A stretch of 63,961 nt of DNA, counting the filler, from Reticulomyxa filosa (Eukaryota > Protista > Foraminifera), in assembly GCA_000512085.1 (NCBI GenBank). It is 24 parts of 24 records of this genome, joined end to end, with 100 filler letters (N's around TTAATTAATTAA, not from the genome) between each part and the next. Parts side by side here need not be neighbours in the genome. Positions count along the whole stretch, not along the records: positions 46,293 to 52,852 come from ASPP01022073.1; positions 52,953 to 54,116 come from ASPP01006770.1; positions 54,217 to 55,577 come from ASPP01024892.1; positions 55,678 to 56,730 come from ASPP01017038.1; positions 56,831 to 61,197 come from ASPP01007614.1; positions 61,298 to 62,861 come from ASPP01028757.1; positions 62,962 to 63,961 come from ASPP01048041.1; 17 more parts are not named here. The stretch is one strand, 5' to 3'. The translations under genes and the position numbers were made by a program. The stretch's first letter is position 1. Each line of letters begins with the position of its first letter. Under the pieces are notes generated by a model. The model was not told the origin of the DNA, did not search any database, and saw nothing but the letters and a program-made list of their open reading frames with translations. Of this stretch, positions 51,954-63,961 are shown in pieces.

Positions 51954-52260
51954 GGGGAATTCCTATTGCTTCACAAACATAACAACATTATATAACAAAA
52001 GAATATAATGTGCATATAAATAAATACAAATATCACAAACTGTTCTTTCTCCTCGAGGAGGCAGGATGGATTTCAACCCCGATTCTTTTTTTTCTTTTGT
52101 GTGTAGGGCAGGGGGGACATAAAAATACGTTGACATTGACGGACGGGGGAACCTATTTACACAATATACAACATACAACACTTAAACATGTTAATAAATA
52201 AATAAATAATAAAACAAACATTTGTTTCTCCTTTCGGAGACGGGGTGGTTTCTACCCCGT
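51954..52260 (-). repeat. Copy C of the dispersed tandem stem-loop element
   Basis: Reverse complement reads ACGGGGTAGAAACCACCCCGTCTCCGAAAGGAG ... ag|GTTCCCCCGT, then CGGGGTTGAAATCCATCCTGCCTCCTCGAGGAG ... ag|GAATTCCCC. Confidence 0.85.
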
Positions 52261-52999
52261 ATTCTTCTTTTCTTTGCATGATATTGGATGGTGGACTATA
52301 TTGTAAACAGCACTCAATCATAGTTATGAGTTAGACAACAAAAAAACTAAAGATTTACCTTCTCTCTGCATTTGCAATTGCAATAACATCTCGCATTGCA
52401 TATCGCAACCACAAGTTTTCATTTGTCGCTGTCCCTCTACTCCAACCATTCGCGCAATTTCCTCGTTTGGCTTTATAACATTTCTATACATAATCGACAA
52501 AAAAAAATAATAATGTCCATTATTGCAACGACAATAAAATAAAATAAATAAAAGTAACTTGGCACAGCACAAGGTTAACAATTTGAACTGTCACTTGAAT
52601 TATTTATACATTTGTAGTGAAGCATTCAAAGTGTTGATATTGCCATCAAATAATATATATACATTTTGAATATGAGTAGAAGGAGCTTTGTGGATTTGAT
52701 ATAGTTTTAAATGATAGCCATTTTGTGTCCATATTGCGAGAAGTTGTGTGCGGCATAAGTGCCATTGAGTATCACGCCGAAAGCAGCGCTGCTTTGCATA
52801 AAAGAGGCCTGGGCAATCACGATTGACTTGCAATTAAATTGCTCGTCGTATGNNNNNNNNNNNNNNNNNNNNNNNNNNNNNNNNNNNNNNNNNNNNTTAA
52901 TTAATTAANNNNNNNNNNNNNNNNNNNNNNNNNNNNNNNNNNNNNNNNNNNNATATATATATATATATACATGTACATATATGTATATGTATATATTTT

Positions 53000-54030
53000 G
53001 ACAGGATTGTAATAAAAAAGACGAAGAAACAAACCAAAGCAAATCATCAACACAACAAAGCAAGATCCATATAGTATTGCTTGTGTGCTATGTATATCTG
53101 CATGAGACGACCATTTGCCATTTCTGGGTACGTGTCCACCGAGAAGCAATACCAACATCGCGATCAGAGTTCCAAACCTGTGTTTATTTGTTTGGTCGTG
53201 TCGTCTCATTGAGACTTGATTGTTTTCTTATATACGCACACAGCAACACCTAACGCATATATCCTAACCATAAGAAAATGGCGAGGATTTGTCGTCCTTT
53301 CCGTGGCAACCCAGGACACAGAGTTTTGAGGACTTCCAAAAAGCCAGCTGTATTGCACATATAGCCATTCAATGCACAGCGGGTGTCACAATAATATAGA
53401 ATTAGATTAGATAGTACCTGCAGGCAGCAACCCACCAAAGATCAAACTGGCCACAGCGAATTTGTAAGTTTTCCAGGCAGCAAATAACGTAAAGATTTGG
53501 TACAAGTCCCTCCAAACTTTGTCATTGACTTGTCTTTTGGCCATTTCCACGGCAAGCTTCAGTGTCATTCGATTGCGGCCATATTTGCGACCACCGTCGG
53601 TAATACAGGCGATGAACTCGAACAGTCGCACCCACGTCACAACAATGATGGACGTCCAAAACATGAGCTGAAGCATTAGCCACAAATCTTGCGCAAAGCC
53701 ACGAATGTGTTGTGCAAACCGGTACGCAAGCCAAAGCGGAAAGACGGTGGGCCTATTTCAACAATGCGAGTGGCCGAATCTGACAACGACGATGACGATG
53801 GCAACAGAGACAATGGTTTGTCTTCCACATGTTCCACTTGCACGCGAGGAGGCTTCGTCGAAGCTATGCGAATCAAATAATAAATGTCACGACAAAAAGG
53901 GATCAAACGATACATTGTCAACACCAACAATACAAACAATATTATGGCCGCAATGTCGGACAATCCCTTCAGCCAATACGTTCGGATTTGCTCATACGTA
54001 AGATCCAAAGGTTTCCTCAACAGCCAACCT
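53000..54030 (-). CDS. Multi-pass membrane protein fragment, possibly frameshifted
   Basis: Repeated hydrophobic segments ending in a T-x-x-R-L motif (LLVLTMYRL, IIVVTWVRL). Confidence 0.35.
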
Positions 54031-54085
54031 TTTTAAAATAATTATATACGTATACATATATATGTATATAGGTATATTTTCTTTC

Positions 54086-54116
<31 letters not shown>

Positions 54117-54216
54117 NNNNNNNNNNNNNNNNNNNNNNNNNNNNNNNNNNNNNNNNNNNNTTAATTAATTAANNNNNNNNNNNNNNNNNNNNNNNNNNNN
54201 NNNNNNNNNNNNNNNN

Positions 54217-54875
54217 AATAACAATAACAATAATAACAATGCTGGATACGGTGGAGGAGGAAGAGGAAGAGGAGGAGCGGAAGTGGAGGAAGATCCACAT
54301 GCTATGTATGATGACCATGATCGCGCGGATTTGGATGATGGTGAAATCCCTGCCAATGTTGCTCCATTGATCGACGAAAACGAAGAAATTCTGCCCATAA
54401 ATCCACTGGACGATGACGACCCCAATTTGTTCATGTTGGATCAAGATATGGCGACGAGTCGTGTCGCTGTTACGATCCCTGCACAAGTCAAAGTGATCGA
54501 CAATAATCGTAATCATAATAACATGGATGTAGAGATTGAACAAGAGGTGGAAGATAAATTCGTGGGCGCGTCATCAACAAACGAGGAGAGCAATACGGCT
54601 TATCCATTGCACGCAAAATCGGGAAAGACGACAGAAGATAAAGGGACCGATGAGTTAGTGTCGAACAAAGTCTGGCAGACAGTGAAACACGGCATGGTCG
54701 AAGCGTTGGATGAGCAGCATCATCGACGACAATCAACACGACTTTTGTTGGATAGCTTGCGACCGACGATCGAACACAACCAACAGTCGTCGCGCACGGA
54801 TAACAACATCAATGGCAATAACAATAACAATAGCAACAATATTAACAACAACATTAACAACACTTAACAATCAAC

Positions 54876-54916
<41 letters not shown>

Positions 54917-55523
54917 TAACAATGGCACCAAAGAGGAAACCGACGGAATTCGGATGATCAGTTGGGGGATGATACTGATTGAATTGGATGGGTTCAATGA
55001 AATTGTAAAGCACTCTTCGTTGGGACATGACAAACTGGTGGATATTATTGAAAAGATGATCGACGAGACCTTGGAAATGCAAGCGCAATACGTAGACTAC
55101 ATGGACGACGGACAGTTTGTTGTAATCACCCCCGCCGATGTCACCATCACGCTCAACGAACTGGAGTCTCAAGGTATCCTCAGCGAGGAGGACAAGCAGG
55201 AGTACTTTTTGGAGTGCAAGGATGTCCGACTGCGGGAAATCGCGTCGCAGATTCTAAACGACCTGTCGCAACAAGAAAACGAGCTCGAGTTTTGCGCCGG
55301 AGTGGCCATCCAAGACATTGCAAAGTCGGACTCGGAATGGTTTGAAATCGCTCGAGACAACCTTTTGGAAATCAAGGCGTATCGTGAAATGGATCGAACA
55401 CGACAAAACAATGACGGAGACCCACAAGCCGTCGCCAACACCGATTCCACACTTATCGATAAAATCGCTGACATTGAACAAAGGTTGAAACGACATGATC
55501 AAAGACTAGGTAAGATTGATTGA
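54217..55523 (+). CDS. Protein with acidic N-region and degenerate GGDEF (diguanylate cyclase-like) domain, frameshift in the poly-Asn tract
   Basis: WGMILIELDGFNEI...LGHD...YMDDGQFVVITP...IASQILNDL...LEFCAGVA...SEWFEIARDNLLEIK follows the GGDEF-domain consensus in order. Confidence 0.6.
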
Positions 55524-55711
55524 ATGATTAGATGATTATTTGATATGCTTTTTTTTAAATAATAATAATAATAATAANNNNNNNNNNNNNNNNNNNNNNN
55601 NNNNNNNNNNNNNNNNNNNNNTTAATTAATTAANNNNNNNNNNNNNNNNNNNNNNNNNNNNNNNNNNNNNNNNNNNNGATCACATATAAGATGTGAATGT
55701 ATAAAAAAAAA

Positions 55712-56730
55712 GGTAGAAACTGGAGGTGGAGAATGGCGTGTACTTCAGTCTCTGTTGCATGTGTTATTGGATGAAAACTATGGTTTGGAGTTCTTGAATA
55801 TTCAGCTAATAACGATTCGAAGCTACTACGACTGGTACTTGATGTGCAGTTCGTACATGGACTACTTGCGCTCTTCGGTGGACCTGTTGATTACGGACAC
55901 ATGGGAATGGTATGACCCCGACAAAATGATGGCGAAAATGAACGTGACAATGGACAGCAAATATGGACACACTCTGTACAATCGAACCACAATTTTGGAC
56001 TACTTTGGTAACTTTGTCGAGTCCAACGATCTCCGTTCGGAATTGCGAGCCAAAACGACCAAGTATCCCTCCAATCGTGCTTTCGTCAACTCAATGTACC
56101 GAGAAATGCTTCCAATGGAATACATTTGGAATCAAACCGGTCTTCATTCAAGGTCAGCGTCAGCGACAACAACTACAACGACTACCACTCCCAGTTTATT
56201 TTTTTTTTTGAATCTTTTTCAATGTATACGTATACAAAAAAAAAAAAAAGAAATCAGATTCCTTATTTGACTTTTGGAGCCAGAAAGAAACAAAAGACAA
56301 GAGCAAAGCGCAGAGGAAAGAGGAAATGGAGAAAAAAAAAGCCATCGCGAAAGAGATCATTCGCAAACGCAAAATCAAAAGCGCGCATGCGATGAACACC
56401 TTTTCGAAAATGTATTCCTCGCAATTCTTAAGCGCCATTCCCGGCCGCAAAACCCATAGCGAATATCTGGGCTATGCCATTGACCCCGAACTGAACGACG
56501 ATCTTCTCCATGCCATGGCACGCAAAAACATGCGGCAGGGGATCATTTATACGCATACGCCAAACTATTTCTCCGAGGCTTTGGTCACCGAGTACTTGGC
56601 ACGCATTTGTCGATGGGCTTTGCAACACAATGTCACCTTGTACAGCGTCCTTAATGCCACCGATCTTAGCAAAGTCTCGCGTCTCGTCATTAAGCCCATC
56701 GTTTTGAAAACTGTTCGCTGGATTGGATTT
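55712..56730 (+). CDS. Possible GT18 (MGAT5/GnT-V-like) glycosyltransferase fragment
   Basis: GGGEWRVLQSLL, VDLLITD, SEYLGYAI and RQGIIYTH..YF resemble MGAT5 segments (GELVQWSDL, VELIYID, NSFLGFVV, QSLVYGK) as recalled from memory. Confidence 0.4.
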
Positions 56731-56943
56731 NNNNNNNNNNNNNNNNNNNNNNNNNNNNNNNNNNNNNNNNNNNNTTAATTAATTAANNNNNNNNNNNNNN
56801 NNNNNNNNNNNNNNNNNNNNNNNNNNNNNNTTTTTATTAACTGGGTCTTTTTTTTATTGACAGGATCTTTTTTTTTTATAGTTTTTTATCTTTTTTTTTT
56901 TCGTTTTTTTATTTTTTTATTTTTTTTTTGACGAATCATTATC

Positions 56944-57780
56944 ATGAGCGGATTTCATTTTGATTGTTTGAGAAATTTGACAGTTCCATTTCATCAATTG
57001 CAATGTATTGTGAATGAAGATGAGATCCTCATTTTAGTAGGCTACAAGCAAAGTAGTTGTTATTCTTATCATACAATTAAGAATGAATACAAATTTATTT
57101 GTGAGTACCCGCAGGATGTCAAACTGGGTGGACATTTTGTATTGAAATGATAGATGAGGACAGTAATGACAGTGATGAAATTACTTTGTTGGCTTTTGGT
57201 GGATCAAATAGTAAGCAATATCTGTTAGAAATGACATATGTAAGTGTTTGGTGTAAAAGTGCATCAAAGAAAACTGATAACTGCAATGAATGAATTCATG
57301 TTCAGATACCGAAAAGAAAAAAATAATTAAAAATCGTAATCTCAAAGGTGCACGTGCTTTGATTGGTGGAAAAGACAATAATTTATTGTTTTTAACTTTT
57401 TATGAAAAAAACATATGTGATTTAATTTAAATACATTTCAAATTATTAAAAAAGACATCATCGTTTTAAATTGGCGTATTTTCATTGCATGTTTCAAGAT
57501 TATATGTAAAATTAGCAATGAATGAATTTTTGTTATTTAAAGGACAGTCAGGATTATCAATAATATATGATGAATATAAAAATATTTTTCATTATGAAAA
57601 TGTAGATGCTGATGAAAATATTAAATTTAATTCATATGGTTATGTTTATATCAATGATTTTATTTTATTCTTTGGTGGAGGTTATAGTGGAGATGTTTCA
57701 AAATCAGTTTATAAATATTCAATTCAAAATAAACAATGGACAGCATATCAAAATGTATTACCTAAGGCACTATATAAATG
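56944..57780 (+). pseudogene. Kelch-repeat protein pseudogene (expanded family), truncated
   Basis: CYSYHTIKNEYKFICEYP..VKLGGH, ITLLAFGG, GARALIGG and YGYVYINDFILFFGG. Multiple stops and frameshifts. Confidence 0.8.
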
Positions 57781-59386
57781 ACCAATGATAGTGCAACTTC
57801 GTAATATTTCGCCTTGCTTTGATCGATGATTTTTTTTTGCTGTCCAACATTCCAATGACATCATATTCATCAGCAAGATAATGCTTCTGAAATAGATTTT
57901 GGGCAGTCAATGTTCAAAATTGTTTCGAATATTGTTTTCGATGTTCCTGCTTTCAGTCCAATTTTACAACACTATAAGTCGGTGGTGCAATTCCGATTCT
58001 CGTGTCAAGTGTTAATCTTGATCTGACATTGTACTCGTAAATCAAACCGATCAAATGTTGTTTGAGCGATTATAATTTATTACAGTATTATTTTTGCCAC
58101 GACAATCAAAATGGCACCATTGGAATTACGCACCTGTTGGAGACGTAGGCTCGAAGTTGGATGTCATTTTTTTTTCCCAAAAATTTAACAAATAACAAAT
58201 AAAAAAAACAATCATGCACCTGGTCGGTTGTTGAGTCTGACGTCTAGCTTTGCTTTTTGTGGGATGCTTGTTGGTAGTGTTGTTGGATGTTTCATTGGTG
58301 GTATGTTGTAAGTAAAACATATTGAACATATTTTAGGCAAATAAAAAAATGCTTTGTGCACAAAAAACAAACCTGGTTTGACACTAGACCTGCAAACGCA
58401 TCGCCTTGAGCTAGTGATCTTCGCAAGTACAACACTTAAGCTGCAGGTTTCAACAAGCGTAAAACAAATCATTGTAATGATGATTTTTTTCAACATCACA
58501 AGTTAATACCTGTCTGATAATGATCTTTATGCTGCGCATGCGATACCATAACCAATCCCATGTGGACTTGCAACTCCGCATTTAGCGCAGCGTTTGGTTT
58601 GTGAAGTCGATCGCTTCCGGTGATTATCCACTCAATGACTTATCTGAAAGATTTTTGCTTCGAAATATGCCCAATTGAATCCTGGGTCTTTGTATCACCA
58701 GTACCTATACAAATTTTTATTTTTTTTAAGCATTTAGTAACCTTTTGCTTGCAATTTTGAGGACATGAAATGAACATGTTCATTAACTTTTTGAATCACA
58801 AGTTTTGAAAGACTATTTGTTAAACTGTGAAATGACAATCTGTTGTACCGGTCTACCCATCACTTGTTACAATCTGTGTCTATTGTGAACATGTGCCTGA
58901 TGTTGTTATCCCGGGTATTACTATAAGTTGCTTTGCAGAACCTATTTTTTAAACAAAAAAAACCAATTTTTATTTGAAAGATATATTTTTTTTCTCAACA
59001 CTGTTTTTTTATTTTTGTATTCACGCACTTTTTTGGAAAAAATAAAGAAAAATTTTTGAAGTTAACTTATTGTAATGCTAAATAGCAACAAAAGAACTTT
59101 ATTCATTTCGGTGTTTTCTTTTTTTTTTCGCAAGCATTTTCAGCGCAACGAGAAATAACTTTTGTTAACGTTCAAACTAAACAAAAGTTAAATGTAAACA
59201 AAAAAAAGAAGAAAACGGTACAATAAACCACAAAAATATGACAACGGAACACTGAAACTAAAAACAAAACTAAAACTCACCAAAAGGGTGCTCAGGGGAA
59301 AAGTCTCGTTGGATAACAGTAAATTTTTTAGTGCATTTTGTTTGCTCCAGATGTAAATATATGAAAACGTGTAAGTGCTTATGAAG
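57774..59386 (-). pseudogene. Decayed, internally deleted duplicate of the vWA/PT-repeat gene (parent 8088-11364)
   Basis: Colinear nucleotide similarity including introns and upstream DNA, e.g. 57781 vs 8095, 58330 vs 8839, 58845 vs 10752 and 59366 vs 11344. Confidence 0.92.
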
Positions 59387-59606
59387 TTTTTATTTTTTTT
59401 ACATTACGCGATGCTGTGTTGTTTTTTTAATGGTAATGTGCAAAAAGCTACTTTGAAAGAAATGGCAGATGTTGTTTTTTAATTTTCTAAGATATAATCA
59501 ATTGTTGAGAAAACTTGTTTGCAAAAGATTGTTTCTGTTAATTTTGTTTCAACAAAAAAATAAAAGCAATAGCAATAGCATCAACAATAATAAAGGTGAC
59601 TCTCTG

Positions 59607-60826
59607 TTACTCTAAAGACCTTTCAGAGCCAGGACTGGACCACTTTTTGTATTTCCACTGAACTAGTTTAACGAAGGACATGAAAACGGGGAAAAAAGAT
59701 GGCAAAAGATAGGGCGAGTAGACGGCATAAGTGAACTCAGGTGAGAAATATAGAGCAGGTAGCAAGGATGGATGAAAGTCAGCTTTGTTGGACAAGTGAT
59801 GTGCCTTTCGCAAGCTCTGAAGACACGAGTATGTGTCATGAAGTTGATTACAGGAAAGCAAAGCATGATCCAAAGCAGTGACGGATTGGGCGATGAAAGA
59901 AGCGACGGGTTTGGTGATGGGTAGTTGAGACACACGTTCGATGAGTTGATAAATATCCTGAAAGTTTTTTTGAGTATTGACTAGATCGGATAGAATGAAG
60001 CCACGAATTAAAAGATCCAACTCCCACTCGGCAATGGTGAGTGGATGTCGATGAAACCGAACCTTGAATGAGCCACTATGTGCCAAAGGGACAGTATCAA
60101 AGTCATTAGCAGACAGTCCAATCATTTTACGAAGCTGGCCAACAATGACCACAAATGTGTTGAACATATCCAAAGAATGGCTATCAAGAGTGTTATACGT
60201 ATTCGAAATGTGTTGATTGGAAGCGATCAGTGGATGATCAAGCAACACACAAGCACCATATCTGGGCACAAGAAAGCCACGATTGACAGCAGTGCGATTG
60301 ACACCACCATTCGACCCTTCCACTGTCACAGTCAAATGTCCCAATTGCGGAGGCACCACAAACACCACGATTTCGACGGCAGGCTCATTATTTTCGGTTA
60401 TGGATGGACGATTCCAATCTGTGGAACCAACAAAGGTTTGCAAGTCCTGAATGCGGATCGTGCCTCGTTGTTTAAGTGCATTCCACTTCTTATCCGACAT
60501 AATGTGTCCATGAAACAACACCTGCGAGTCGATTTGGATATCATTGAAAAGCACATTGTTGATCGAGTGCAGCAAAGGTCGCAGATACAACTCACGCAGC
60601 TCCGTCATGTTCCACCCGACCCACGAGTTGGGTCCGTTCAATAAACTGAATGACAGTGTCGGCTGATGCATGCCGATATGCACGTGCGACTTGTCCAACG
60701 GCGCCAATAGCGTCGTTCTTATCAATGGCCACACGTCGCGCTGCCATCGCTTTGGCTTTACGTCTTCCGATATCCAACTCAGGCGATTCGATGTTACATG
60801 CCATATATTATTTATCAATGTCATCG

Positions 60827-60861
<35 letters not shown>

Positions 60862-61197
60862 GATGATGACGTGTCCATCCATAGATAGGTATAATGTCCG
60901 TATTGCTCGGCTTCTTTTGCAATCGTCGGATAACATGTTCTCGTCACACATGTCATATATTCGTTTTCATCATTCGTCGCATTGCATTCGCAACTTGTCC
61001 ACTCGTGCACTGTCTTCTTTATTTCTACATGCCATGATCCCATCCCTTTCGTTTGCTCCGTTTGCTTTGCTATTAGCTTCCTTAGTGGCTCTTCTGCTTC
61101 CTCTTCGCTCAAATGTTGTGCGCACTTCGTCTTGTCTTTTGATATGCAATGTGCACTTATCGTTATTGAAAAATTCACTTTCTGTTATCCAAAAAAA
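59607..61197 (-). CDS. PIGS: GPI transamidase component PIG-S, 5' truncated
   Basis: IDSQVLFH, GFLVPRYG, QLRKMIGL, WELDLLIR and FHPSLLPALYFSPEFTYAVYSPYLLP followed by a C-terminal transmembrane segment. Confidence 0.88.
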
Positions 61198-61297
61198 NNN
61201 NNNNNNNNNNNNNNNNNNNNNNNNNNNNNNNNNNNNNNNNNTTAATTAATTAANNNNNNNNNNNNNNNNNNNNNNNNNNNNNNNNNNNNNNNNNNNN

Positions 61298-61713
61298 TCT
61301 TGGTTGTTTTGGAATTGACTTTGTGACGTGGACGTGACGACATTAGGCAAGGTATTTCCGACAAGCAAGTAGCCATGTGAAGTCAAGACAAACAACTGAC
61401 GAAAGTGTTGAAACGCCATTGTTTTGATGTGTCCAAAGAGAAGTGTGTGGAGAAAGACAAAGACAAAGACGAGCAGACTGGACGAGTACGAGTGGTCTTG
61501 CGCCAGTTCCCAGGGCACAATAGTTTGTAACAGCAACGCGACAATCCCCTGTTTCCCTCTCATTTGTTGCCAAATGGTATGTCTTTGTGACCGCGTGTAA
61601 TTGTGGCCACGAAGTTGCTCGACGATCTTTGTCAACATCTGCAAACTCATCTTCCGTTGTGAGGCTATCTTTGATCGCAATAGATATCCAAGTTCGTCGA
61701 TGGAGTAAGTAGC

Positions 61714-61744
<31 letters not shown>

Positions 61745-62754
61745 TCTTCATCATTTTGATTTTGATTTTGATTGTAATGACTATGACTATGAATGCCATC
61801 TAAAGACAATGACATGGCAGCTGTCTTATGTGTGATGTCGACGATCGACACAAGTCCATTGCAATCGAAGCGTAGCGACATCTCATGATGCTGTTGCTTT
61901 TCCTTTTTTATAGTAGTGTCTGTCTTTTCATCGCTGTGCATCTTTGCAATATGTCTCTCCATTGCCTTCATGGTCTCGTCATTCTTTGCACTTTGTGATT
62001 GCGATTGCGATTGCGATTGCGATTGCGATTGCGATTGATGATGGGCAGTGAAGAGATGGACCAATTGGGGGTCCAATGTCTGCAGCAGCTGCTGACGATA
62101 CGCGAGGATCTCCTCTTCACTGCACTGCTGCAACAGCTCATCATTTTGAGATTGAATTGTTGCTATATGTTCCGATGGAATTATATCGTCGTCTTTGTTC
62201 AACTCTTCAATCATACGAAATTCTTTGTCTTTCTTTTTTTCTTTTTCTTTTGTATTTTTGTTGGGATTAAGGCTATTTGCATTTGTTGTCTGCTCTTTCA
62301 TTCGTTGTGAAAACAATGACACTTTTTGCTTTTGTGATTCTCTTGCTTTTGTATTGTCACTCGTGTTGGTATTGCTGTTCGCTGACACACGAGACTTAAA
62401 CTCGGAGGGCTTGTGAATAATGACACCGGGAAATCCGTGTCGCATTTCTGTCACTGTCTTCTTTGGTGCTTCTGCCACTCGCACTGTCGTCTTCTCTTGT
62501 ATGTCTCCGATCAAACTTATACTCTGTCCTATCGTCTCCGGGTGGTAGATCTTGTCCTCTCCACTCACACTCTCTTGCTTTTGTGTTACTTGGGGTTCAC
62601 TCTTCTTTTCTTGCTTCTCTGACAACTGTCTTTTTTGTGCAAAATAGAGATCTTGTTCCGCCAAGAGCTCTTCATTCGTTTTCAAGTGAGACCCCTTCTT
62701 TTTAGCTGTGGTGCCTATTTGCACTCGTCTTCCTTCTACTTTTTCATCAGTCAT
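61298..62754 (-). CDS. RPAP1: RNA polymerase II-associated protein 1 (RPAP1/Rba50), 3' truncated
   Basis: IQSQNDELLQQCSEEEILAYRQQLLQTLDPQLV (RPAP1_N) and LRFDCNG...YSIDELGYLLRSKIASQRKMSLQML (RPAP1_C). Confidence 0.88.
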
Positions 62755-63689
62755 GTTCGAGTGTAATGTTCACAAAGGTGAAGCCCCTTTTTCCAAAAAA
62801 AAAACGAACACACATTGTATTATATTTTTGATCAGGCTCAGACTGTAAGAATTATTCCAATNNNNNNNNNNNNNNNNNNNNNNNNNNNNNNNNNNNNNNN
62901 NNNNNTTAATTAATTAANNNNNNNNNNNNNNNNNNNNNNNNNNNNNNNNNNNNNNNNNNNNTCCTGATTTCCCTTGAATTATCATCCCTTTTTTTTTATA
63001 CAATGACTATTGTTCTTATTTTTCACTTGTTTTCTTCTTTTTCTTCCAAAAATGCAAGTACATGTTTATGACAATCATATGTGTTTTCTTTTTGCTTTTC
63101 ATTAGCTTTTACATCCTCATATGCATAATTATTTGCTTGTAAACCAAATCTCTATCTAAAATAAGTGAGTTGTTTAGTACAAGGAAAATATTGTTGCATT
63201 AAAATAAGAGAGGGTACTCACTCAAGCAAATATGCAAATCACTTAGTTTGTTGTAATCATAAAAACACTTCCAATCTTTCTCATGTTCAATCGACTTAAA
63301 AAGCAATTTTTAATTTTTATTGTATTTTTTATACCATAGAGCATTTTATATTAATGCACAATTGTTTGAGCAAAACAAAAAAAACAATAGGTGATTTGAA
63401 CCGGTGACAAAACCACAAAACTGAGATAAAAAATGCACTACGCTTTCTTATCATTTTTCCCTGTTCGCTATAATATCAGTATTTTTTATCAAGGAAATTA
63501 ACAAACAATGGAACACTCCCAACAATCTTTTTCTAATATTGAAAGAAGACATACTTTGACGGTCGACATTTCATCTCTCGTCACTGAGAACAAGTTAACA
63601 AAAACTACAAATCCACTGAGTAAATGTATTATTATTGAAAAGTATTATGTAATGGATATTTTGTGTTTAATTTAACATGACAAGGATGG

Positions 63690-63961
63690 AAAGAAATGAC
63701 GAATCGGAAATAGTAAGAGAGCTGTCTATTTACGTGTTGTGGAAGATCTTAAACTATCCTAAAAAGACAAAATATCGCCAAATCAATAAGCAAGCCCTAT
63801 ATGACAACTTACTGCGTAGATGTTGTCAACGAAATGTCGATATAGATAAAGTAATGGCAAATATGGAGCGCCGTTTAGAGCAGTGTGGCTTTGGAATAAG
63901 AGCAGAAGATAGAAATTGGTATTATCAAAAGGATATGCAGTTATTAGGACTGTGGAGCCAG
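63690..63961 (+). pseudogene. PUB-domain-like gene remnant
   Basis: LSIYVLWKILNYPKKTKYRQINKQALYDNL resembles the PUB motif NIxxxPxxxKYRxI. Stops and frameshifts nearby. Confidence 0.5.

Noticed and set aside
52049-52066. CCUCCUCG in element copy C resembling the HDV ribozyme L3 loop
   Set aside because: The P1, P1.1 and P2 pairings cannot be built, and the motif is not conserved in the other units, where it is just a hairpin.
54954-55400. Functional link between the GGDEF-like gene and the tandem RNA element (c-di-GMP riboswitch idea)
   Set aside because: They are on different contigs, and the element does not match the c-di-GMP-I or -II consensus. No evidence links them.

Overview
This is not one locus. 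It is 24 short, AT-rich eukaryotic contigs joined by 23 artificial 100-bp linkers (44 N + TTAATTAATTAA + 44 N), so genes on different contigs are not neighbours. Short GT-AG introns full of (TA)n/(CATA)n and A-tracts, homopolymeric Asn/Gln/Thr runs, many pseudogenes and characteristic WD40, Kelch and PUB-domain families suggest a protist genome, most likely the foraminiferan Reticulomyxa filosa (inferred from family resemblance, not a database search). Recognisable genes or fragments: a DUF3089-like hydrolase, an IKS1-type kinase, a secreted double-vWA/PT-repeat protein and its decayed duplicate, an AAA ATPase tail, a LigB/DODA dioxygenase pseudogene, a divergent G-alpha, tepsin, a CAX Ca2+/H+ antiporter, a GH38 alpha-mannosidase, a degenerate GGDEF domain, a GT18-like glycosyltransferase, PIG-S and RPAP1. 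Mobile DNA: two LINE remnants and a TA-flanked MITE. The most unusual signal is a dispersed element on three separate contigs. Each copy has two tandem GC-rich stem-loop units, each split by an apparent intron, and the loop of each unit is complementary to the sequence at its downstream 3' splice site. This is a candidate structured RNA linked to splicing, but a decayed coding repeat is a real alternative.
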